Assembly (NCBI GenBank): GCA_963746845.1
Contig: CAVVCZ010000001.1
Coordinates: 32,001 to 96,000, forward strand
DNA from: an uncultured Chloroflexia bacterium
GTDB taxonomy: Bacteria; Chloroflexota; Limnocylindria; Limnocylindrales; CSP1-4
DNA length: 64,000 nt
Direction of reading: 5' to 3'
Shown in pieces: positions 30,237 to 37,392 of the stretch. Numbering within the stretch: the stretch's first letter is position 1; each line of letters opens with the position of its first letter. The translations under genes and the position numbers were made by a program. Below the pieces are notes generated by a model. That model saw only the letters and a list, made by a program, of their open reading frames with translations, was not told the DNA's origin and made no database searches.

Positions 30237-30542
30237 CTAGACGTGCGCGCTCTCGGTGATCGTCCCGGCCCGCACCTTGTCGAAGCAGGTGCTGCAGTAG
30301 ACGGGTCGGTCATTGCGTGGAGCGAACGGGACGACCGCCTGCCCACCGCAGTTGCCGCAGATCGCGGCATGGAACTCCCGAGGCCCTCCGACCGTTCGGG
30401 CTCGCTTGGCAACCGCCCTGCAGGACGGGCATCGCTGCGGGTCGTTCAACAGACCCTTGCTCGAGAAGAACGTCTGTTCCCCACTGGAGAAGACGAACTC
30501 GCCTGCGCAGTCCCTGCAGGTGAGGGTTCGGTCCTGGAACAC
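30237..30542 (-). CDS. Zinc-ribbon protein with CxxC-x17-CxxC domain
   Basis: FQDRTLTCRDC...F.FS.GEQ.FF..KG...P.RCPSC and AICGNCG...VPF.P...RPVYCSTCF; AGGAGG SD. Confidence 0.92.
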   Translation of the reverse strand: MFQDRTLTCRDCAGEFVFSSGEQTFFSSKGLLNDPQRCPSCRAVAKRARTVGGPREFHAAICGNCGGQAVVPFAPRNDRPVYCSTCFDKVRAGTITESAHV

Positions 30543-30879
30543 GCTTTCCCGGTCCTCCTGGTGACGGTCCAATCGCCCCGGTCGACGTCGCGGCCCCCCG
30601 CGCCCAGACCGGCCGATCCTCGGCGCCGACAGGAGGGCTGGCACCGAGGGTCGAACCGGGTACGGACCCGGAACTCATGTGGCGGAGAATAGACGCGCCG
30701 TCAAGCGGCTTTCGAAGGTGAACATCGTGCGGAAATGCCCCTCCGCCGACGAGATTCGACGCAAACACCCAGATGCGGTCCCTGACGCCCGCACAGGAGC
30801 CCACGACGGGGTGCGCGGACGCACCGGCACATGCCCTGCGATTCGGGAACCGACGGGCCGATCGCGGCGTCGGGGCGCC

Positions 30880-31815
30880 ATGCCTGACCTGCCGATCCCC
30901 CTGCCCATCAGCCGCAGTGGCCTCGCCCTCGTGGCCCTCCTCCTGACCGTCGCCGGCTGCAGCTCGGCGGCGACACCGTCCACCCCCGGTCCCGCGGCCT
31001 CGGCCGCCCCGTCGAGCGCCCCGACGGCAAGCCCCGCTCCCACGGTCGGCGCGATCGATCACAAGACCGGCGCCACCGACGTGGTCCTCCGGCTCGAGGA
31101 GGGCGGCGGCTTCGTCCCGATCGACTTCCTCGCGAGCCAGGCACCGACCTTCACCCTGTACGGCAACGGCGTCGTCGTGTTCCAGCCGAGGGTCGAGACC
31201 TTCCCGGGGCCGGATGCCTCGGGCATCGTCCACGGTGTCCCGTGGCGGACGGCGAAGATGGACGAGGGCCAGATCCAGGACCTGCTCGACTTCGCCCTCG
31301 GCCAGGGTGGCCTCGGCACCGCGCGCGATGCCTACATCGACGGCGGGATCGCCGACGCGGGCAACACGATCTTCACGATCGACGCCGGCGGGGTCGACCG
31401 GACCGTCGTCGTCAACGCGCTCGCCGAAGGTGGCGGACAGGGCCCGGACGCGGCGGCTCGAGCCGCGTTCTGGCAGGTGGCCGAGCGTCTCCGTGACTTC
31501 GACCATGGCGGCTCGATCCCGACCGACACCTACCAGTCCGACCGCTACCGCGGCGTCCTGATGGAGCGCGAGGCGCAGCCTGGGGCCACCGGCATCGCCT
31601 GGCCGTGGACGACGATCAAGCCGGCCGAGTTCAATGAACAACCGCTGCCCGACGGCGGCACGAGCCTCCCGCGCCGGACCCTGTCGACCGCGGAGGTCGG
31701 TGCCCTCGGTGTCCAGGATGCGGTCGGCGGCCTCCAGAACGTCGTGCTCGCCGGCCCGAACGGGAAGACCTACACCCTGGTCGTCCGGCCGCTCCTCGCC
31801 GACGAGCCCGCGTAG
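30880..31815 (+). CDS. Hypothetical lipoprotein
   Basis: Lipobox VAGC, Pro/Ser linker, typical high-GC codon usage. Confidence 0.8.
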   Translation: MPDLPIPLPISRSGLALVALLLTVAGCSSAATPSTPGPAASAAPSSAPTASPAPTVGAIDHKTGATDVVLRLEEGGGFVPIDFLASQAPTFTLYGNGVVVFQPRVETFPGPDASGIVHGVPWRTAKMDEGQIQDLLDFALGQGGLGTARDAYIDGGIADAGNTIFTIDAGGVDRTVVVNALAEGGGQGPDAAARAAFWQVAERLRDFDHGGSIPTDTYQSDRYRGVLMEREAQPGATGIAWPWTTIKPAEFNEQPLPDGGTSLPRRTLSTAEVGALGVQDAVGGLQNVVLAGPNGKTYTLVVRPLLADEPA

Positions 31816-31883
31816 CCCGAGCGAAACCGCCACGGGGCGACCAGATAAGCCACCGGTGAGGGCCGGTCGGCACCATGCCGCGC

Positions 31884-34800
31884 ATGGCCAACCGTCGACC
31901 GCTTCGCGTCGTTGACAGCCGCCGAGCGGCGTCCGTATCGTTCGCGCCGCCCGATCCGGTCACGCTCGGTCCACGAGGGAGGACGTCCACGCGTGCGCCG
32001 ATCGCCATCGGTGCGGGGCGCGCGCCAAGCGCGGTGCCCAACCGCGTGCGCGTCGAGCGAGGGGTCGGCGTGAGCTATCCGATCCAGCCCGGGAAGGTCC
32101 AGGCACCCGCGCTCCGGGACGAGACCCTGGCCCGGACGCGCCTGCTCGACTGGCTCGAGATCAAGATCCACAGCCGCGTGATCTTCGTGATCGCCGACGC
32201 CGGCTACGGCAAGACCACGCTCCTCGCGGACTTCTCCCGGCGGACGCGGCTGCGAACGATCTGGTATCGGCTCGACGAGGACGACCGCGACTGGGTCGGG
32301 TTCCTGTCCCACCTCGTCGCTGCGGGTCGCGAGCACGATCCGGACTTCGCTCCGCGGACGGTTGCGACCCTTCGATCACTGGAGCCCGGCGGGCCGACCC
32401 GCGACGACGCGATCGAGACGTTCCTCTCGGAGCTGCCGACGATCGCGCCCGAGGGCGCAGCGCTGATCTTCGACGACTTCCACATGGCGGACGAGGTCGG
32501 CGACATCCGGCAGATCGCCCGCGAGATCGTCGCCCGGGCGCCGGACCGCTTGTCGATCGTGTTCGCCAGCCGCCGCCAGCCGCCGATCCCCGTGACGAAG
32601 CTCCGGGCGCTCGGTGAACTGGCCGAGCTCGGGATCGCCGACCTCCGGTTCTCCGACAGCGAGCTCGAGCAGCTGTTCCGGGAGACCTACGGCAGGCCGC
32701 TCGAACCCGACGTGCTCAGCGAGCTCGCCGCACGGACGGAGGGCTGGGCCGCGTCGCTCACCCTCGTCCAGGCGGCACTGCGCGAACGTTCGCCGTCCGA
32801 AACGCGGTCGTTCGTGCGAGGTCTGTCGGGCGCTCGGGATGAGCTCCACGACTATCTCGCCGAGGAAGTCGTCGGCGACCTGCCGGAGATCCACCAGCAG
32901 TTCCTGATGCGGACCTCGGTCCTCCAGGTCGTGACGCCCGAGCTGGCGCAGGTCGCGACCGGGTTGTCGGCAGTCGAGGTCCAGTCGCTCATGCTCGAGT
33001 CCGAGCGGTTGGGCCTCCTCGGCCGGCGGCCGAACCGGCGCTCGACGGCCCAGCGCTATCACCCGCTGGTGCGCGAGTTCCTCGAGGAGCGGCTCCGCCG
33101 CGAGATCGGCTCCGCCGGCGTCGACGAGCTCCACGTCGCGGTCGCCCGATGGGCCGAAGCTTCCGACTGGCGAACCGCCGCCCACCACTTCGCATCGGCC
33201 AGACGCTGGCCGGACCTCCAACGGGTACTGGACACCCACGTCGAAACGATCGTCGCCTCAGGCGCATTCGTTGCCGCTGCTGTTTACGTCGATCTGCTTG
33301 ACAAGTCCTCAGCCTCAGGATCCGTGGAGGTCGTCCGCTCTCGGGCGGCGAGTGTTACGGGCGACCTCGAAGTGATGCTTATCCATGCAGATCGTGCGGC
33401 CGAATTGGATCCGGGATCAGACGCGGTGACCATCAACTTGATCGCCTCGAACTACGTCGGTGGCGATATCAGACGGTCGGTCGAACTGGCTGAGCGCCTT
33501 TCAGTCGAGGGCAAGACCGCTCTCGCTCGTCAGCTTGGCGAAGGCACCCGCATGAATGTCTCCGGCTCCTTGGACGGAAACCTACAAGACATTGCCGACT
33601 ATCTGGAGCGACTTGCTGAGCGTAATCTCGCGGATGGACACCGCCATTACGAAGGCGTCAGTTTGCTGAACCTGTCCTTGACTTTGAAGGCTATGGGCGA
33701 AGTAGATCGCGCACGGGACGCGGCGTCTCAGTCCGTCGACGCGCTAGTAGCTAGTTCGTCAGGAATGGAACTAGCCTCGGCCAGATTTGCTTACGCGTGG
33801 GCGATCGCGTGGAAAGGCGATTTGGCTCAGGCTCGACAACTCTTCCTCGAGCAAGCACCCCTGCTCAAACATGCGATGCAGGCGGAGCTCCAACTCGAAA
33901 TTGCCGACCTTGAAACGGAGCTCGGCGACTCACAGGTCGCCGCCAGAGCCATGAGGTCTCTCGATTCAGAGGATCCGCCCCAATCAATCCAGGACATGGC
34001 CGCCTCTGCGAGGGCTCTCCTGCTGGTTCGCAATGGACAATCCCGCGACGCTCTTGCGCTGCTCGATTCGCTTCAGTCACCGACGCCAGCTCCGGAACCT
34101 GGCAGGCTCAGCCGTCTCAAGGCAATCCACGCCTATGCCGCCCTAATGGCAGGCCGGACTGATGCTGCGGACCTCGCTATGGACGCGGAACGGTTCGGGG
34201 AGCGCCAAGGCGCCGGCCGGCACCAACAGATGGCTTCCATCGTGCTTGCCGCCAGCGAGGAGCGACTTAGCGCTGAGATCGCTTCCATGCCTGCGAGCAG
34301 AGTCCCAGTTCTTTCCGTGATGACGGAGCTTCTTACCTCTCAGCTCCACCGTCTCGACAGTCATGCGCTGGATGTCTTGATCGAAGAAGCGTCGTTGCGG
34401 TCCGACAGATGGCTGCCAAGTCTGCGGGCTGCCACGGCCAATTCGTCAAACCCCGGCAGGCTTGCTGCCGCTCGTGTGTTGGATGTCGTGGGCGAGGCGG
34501 AGGACGTCGCACGGCTTCGACGGGTAGCCAAGGAGCCACGCCGCTCCACGAGGGATCGGACCCTGGGACGAGGCCTCGCACGGCGCCTAGCTTCCAAGGC
34601 ACTTGTCCTCGACCTAGGACGAGTCCGCGTTGTGCTTGGGGACAGGGAGGTCGCGGGCGGAGAGATCAGGAGAAAGGTTCTTGCACTCCTCTGCTTCCTG
34701 TTGGCCAAGCCGCGTATGACGGCTACCAGAGAGGAGGTCATGGAGGCCCTCTGGCCCGATGTCGACCCCAATGGCGCCATCAACTCCCTGAATCAAACCG

Positions 34801-35309
34801 TGTACTTTCTTCGGCGCGTCTTCGAACCTGAATACCAAGAAGACGTCTCGCCGAACTACGTACATCAAGAATCAGACTTGGTATTTCTCGACTCGGAGTT
34901 GGTTTACTCGTCCAGCGGCCGGTGCGCGACCCTCATCGCCTCAATCGATCGAAACCGAACCATTGAACTGGTCGATCAACTGAGCGAAACCTACGTTGGC
35001 CGATTTGCCGCTGACTTTGCCTACGAAGATTGGGCGGCCGACTATCGGGATTGGCTGCACGTCGGCTACTTGCACATTGTTGAGACTGAGATCGCCGATG
35101 AGATTGCACACGGGAGGTTTGAGCGAGGCGTGCGGCTGGCACGCCGCGCCCTAGAGGTCGACCCAAGGCTCGATACGCTTGGCCTGTCGCTCCTGCGTAT
35201 GTTGAAGGGGTCCGGCGCTCACTCGGCAGCCGCAGAGCAGTACGAGCGATATGCGTCGCTGCTTCGGTCCGAGATCGGCGTGGAACCACCGGCATTTGAC
35301 TCTGTCTAG
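31884..35309 (+). CDS. MalT-like STAND ATPase - helical/TPR sensor - wHTH/BTAD transcriptional regulator
   Basis: Walker A ADAGYGKTT, Walker B LIFDDFH, TEGWAA and RYHPLVREFL; C-terminal LLCFLL...REEVMEALWP...SLNQTVYFLRR and BTAD (Y.G.F..D..YEDW); start 31875, 31884 or 32070. Confidence 0.9.
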   Translation: MANRRPLRVVDSRRAASVSFAPPDPVTLGPRGRTSTRAPIAIGAGRAPSAVPNRVRVERGVGVSYPIQPGKVQAPALRDETLARTRLLDWLEIKIHSRVIFVIADAGYGKTTLLADFSRRTRLRTIWYRLDEDDRDWVGFLSHLVAAGREHDPDFAPRTVATLRSLEPGGPTRDDAIETFLSELPTIAPEGAALIFDDFHMADEVGDIRQIAREIVARAPDRLSIVFASRRQPPIPVTKLRALGELAELGIADLRFSDSELEQLFRETYGRPLEPDVLSELAARTEGWAASLTLVQAALRERSPSETRSFVRGLSGARDELHDYLAEEVVGDLPEIHQQFLMRTSVLQVVTPELAQVATGLSAVEVQSLMLESERLGLLGRRPNRRSTAQRYHPLVREFLEERLRREIGSAGVDELHVAVARWAEASDWRTAAHHFASARRWPDLQRVLDTHVETIVASGAFVAAAVYVDLLDKSSASGSVEVVRSRAASVTGDLEVMLIHADRAAELDPGSDAVTINLIASNYVGGDIRRSVELAERLSVEGKTALARQLGEGTRMNVSGSLDGNLQDIADYLERLAERNLADGHRHYEGVSLLNLSLTLKAMGEVDRARDAASQSVDALVASSSGMELASARFAYAWAIAWKGDLAQARQLFLEQAPLLKHAMQAELQLEIADLETELGDSQVAARAMRSLDSEDPPQSIQDMAASARALLLVRNGQSRDALALLDSLQSPTPAPEPGRLSRLKAIHAYAALMAGRTDAADLAMDAERFGERQGAGRHQQMASIVLAASEERLSAEIASMPASRVPVLSVMTELLTSQLHRLDSHALDVLIEEASLRSDRWLPSLRAATANSSNPGRLAAARVLDVVGEAEDVARLRRVAKEPRRSTRDRTLGRGLARRLASKALVLDLGRVRVVLGDREVAGGEIRRKVLALLCFLLAKPRMTATREEVMEALWPDVDPNGAINSLNQTVYFLRRVFEPEYQEDVSPNYVHQESDLVFLDSELVYSSSGRCATLIASIDRNRTIELVDQLSETYVGRFAADFAYEDWAADYRDWLHVGYLHIVETEIADEIAHGRFERGVRLARRALEVDPRLDTLGLSLLRMLKGSGAHSAAAEQYERYASLLRSEIGVEPPAFDSV

Positions 35310-35343
35310 CCGCCTCACGCGTCCAGATAGGTACGTTGCCGTA

Positions 35344-35373
35344 TTGACCGGTTCGCTCCGGGCTCCCTATAGT
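35344..35373 (+). promoter_or_regulatory. Sigma70-type promoter TTGACC-18-TATAGT
   Basis: Near-consensus hexamers just upstream of the riboswitch. Confidence 0.7.
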
Positions 35374-35417
35374 CCGCCCCACTTCCCAGTACGGAGGTAC
35401 TAGGAAGAGCAGTTAAG

Positions 35418-35490
35418 ACGCTCGGACGCGCCGACGCCTCACCTGAAATGGGCACTTAGGGTGAGGCTGAGCGAGTAGTGCAACCGACCG
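35418..35490 (+). ncRNA. Cyclic di-GMP-II riboswitch aptamer
   Basis: TCGG-AC-GC...GA, stem GCCTCACC/GGTGAGGC, loop GGGCACTT pairing as a pseudoknot with AGTGC, 3' TGAGCGAGTAGTGCAACCGAC; matches the c-di-GMP-II consensus; upstream of an HD-GYP gene. Confidence 0.85.
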
Positions 35491-35521
35491 ACACGTGTGT
35501 CAGGTCGGTTTTCGTGTTCTT
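35482..35521 (+). terminator. Riboswitch expression-platform terminator overlapping aptamer P1
   Basis: AACCGACC-GACAC-GT-GTGTC-A-GGTCGGTT followed by TTCGTGTTCTT; alternative pairing GGTTTTCGTGT/ACACGAAAACC (35533-35543). Confidence 0.7.
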
Positions 35522-35559
35522 GGGAGGGACAGACACGAAAACCGGAAGGAGGAACGAGC

Positions 35560-35592
35560 GTGGAGCCTCAGTCCGTAATCAAGAGCTGGTAG
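35560..35592 (+). CDS. 10-aa micro-ORF MEPQSVIKSW
   Basis: AAGGAGG SD 7 nt before GTG; first ORF after the riboswitch. Confidence 0.45.
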   Translation: MEPQSVIKSW

Positions 35593-35608
35593 TCAGGAGT
35601 CGACATCG

Positions 35609-35698
35609 ATGAAGAATCGGCTGGTCCGGCTCTTTACTGCGGCAGGCGCTGTCGCAGCGATGGCAATCGCGGGGGGCGCGTCGCTCAAGGGCTTCTAG
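35609..35698 (+). CDS. 29-aa signal-peptide-like precursor MKNRLVRLFTAAGAVAAMAIAGGASLKGF
   Basis: AGGAG SD; basic N-region, hydrophobic core and short polar tail; immediately upstream of the membrane HD-GYP gene. Confidence 0.75.
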   Translation: MKNRLVRLFTAAGAVAAMAIAGGASLKGF

Positions 35699-35770
35699 TA
35701 CGTTTGGTCGTGTTCGAGTTTGGGCTCGGAGGGGTTAGAGTTTTCGAGACGACCACCGTATAGGGAACCA

Positions 35771-37206
35771 ATGTCTAGGTCCCTCAAGCTCTACATCGCA
35801 CTGCTCGCGGGTCTGAGCGTCTTGGCGCTTGCACTCGCGAGCTTTGTGTATGCGCAGGATCCGGCGCGGATCCTCGGCCTTCGGACCTCTATCGCGCTGC
35901 GCCTCGGCGGACCCGAGACCCCGGCCACTGAGGCTAATGTCCTTGCTGGGCTCGGCTTCTGGATCCTGATCACCCTCTTTGCGGGCGCACTGCCTGTCCG
36001 CATGCCTCGCGGGATGCTGGTGTCGGTCGCCATCGCCCCAATCGTCGCGGCAATGGCACTTGGGGGGCCTGTCGCCGCCGGATGGGTGGCCCTGATCGGA
36101 ACGATCGAGGGTCGCGAAGTCTCCGGGACAGATTCCTTGGTACGGGACCGTCGCCAATCACGCCGGCGTGCTCCTTCCCGCGATCGCCGGCAGCCTTGTC
36201 TGCGAGGCTGTGCTCTCGGTATCGACGACCGCGATCTGGTCGTTCGTCGCGACTGTGCTTGGCGCGGTCGTGCTGTTCGTCCTCAACTTTGCGATCGCCT
36301 CAGTGATGATTGCCCTCAAGTCTGGCCAGCCGCTGCGCATCGTCGTGGTCGGAGACGCTCGTGGCATTGTCGCTGAACGCACTCGCCCTCGCCCCACTCG
36401 CCTGGCTCATGGCGCAGATGTACGTCACCGCGTGGTGGGCTTCCCTGCTGTTCGCCCTTCCGCTCTACACGACCCGGGTCGCGTATCACCGGTTCGTCGA
36501 GATGCGCGACATGTTCACGCAGACCATCGGCGCCCTGGCCGAAGCCGTGGACAAGCGCGATCCGTACACCAGCAAGCACAGCCATCGGGTCAAGCAGATC
36601 GCCGTCGACATCGGGCGCGAGATGCGGGTCAACGCCCAGGAGCTCGAGGCGCTCGAGTGGGGCGGCCTGCTCCATGACGTCGGCAAGATCGGCGTGCCGG
36701 ACGCCGTCCTGCTGAAGTCGGACCGACTGACGCGGGACGAGCGGATGACGATGAACGCCCATCCGGTGCTCGGTGCCCAGATCATCGCGCCGGTCACGAA
36801 GCTCGCCCCGGAGCTCCCGATCATCCGCCACCACCACGAGTGGTTCAACGGCTCCGGCTACCCGGATCGCCTGATCGGTGACGAGATCCCGAAGCTTGCC
36901 CGGATCCTCCACGTGGCCGACGCCTTCGAGGCGATGACGGCCCAGCGGCCGTACCGGATGACGCCCCTGACGCCGGAGCAGGCGCTGGCCGAGCTCCGCA
37001 AGTTCGCCGGGATCCAGTTCGACCCATCCGTCGTCGACGCCTTCGTCCGGACGCCCTGGGTGCACGGGGTCTCCGACCCCGGCCGCCGCGAGGAGCCGCG
37101 CCAGATCCCGCTCATCGGGCAGGTCGCGGACCGGATGGCCCAGGCGAGCGGCCCGGCCCCGGCGAACACGGCTGCTCCCGTCACGGCCGGCGCCGACCAG
37201 GGCTGA
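35771..37206 (+). pseudogene. Membrane-sensor HD-GYP c-di-GMP phosphodiesterase, split by two +1 frameshifts (real or sequencing error)
   Basis: TM region runs MSRSLKLY...REVSG | QIPWYGTVANHAG...GDARGI | SLNALALAP across three frames (shifts near 36127 and 36369); intact DPYT..HS.RV, LLHDVGKIG, HHHEWFNGSGYP and VADAFEAM. Confidence 0.85.
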
Positions 37207-37392
37207 CGCAGACCGGTTCGGTCATTCGCGTCGACCCCGCGACCCGCGCCGTCGAGCCCGCGACCGCAAACCGGTCGAACGCATGTCGCGACTCACCACA
37301 CGCACCGGACCGACTGCCCACCGTTCCCCGGCGGCTGACGACAGGCATCATTCGAGCGCGATGACGCCGAGACCGCGCCGACCCGTCTCCGC

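Noticed and set aside
30640-30675. GGTTCGACCC (minus strand) as a tRNA T-loop
   Set aside because: No T-stem pairing or cloverleaf around it
33200-36400. Low-GC segment as a prophage or IS insertion
   Set aside because: No integrase, transposase or terminal repeats; boundaries fall within continuous reading frames
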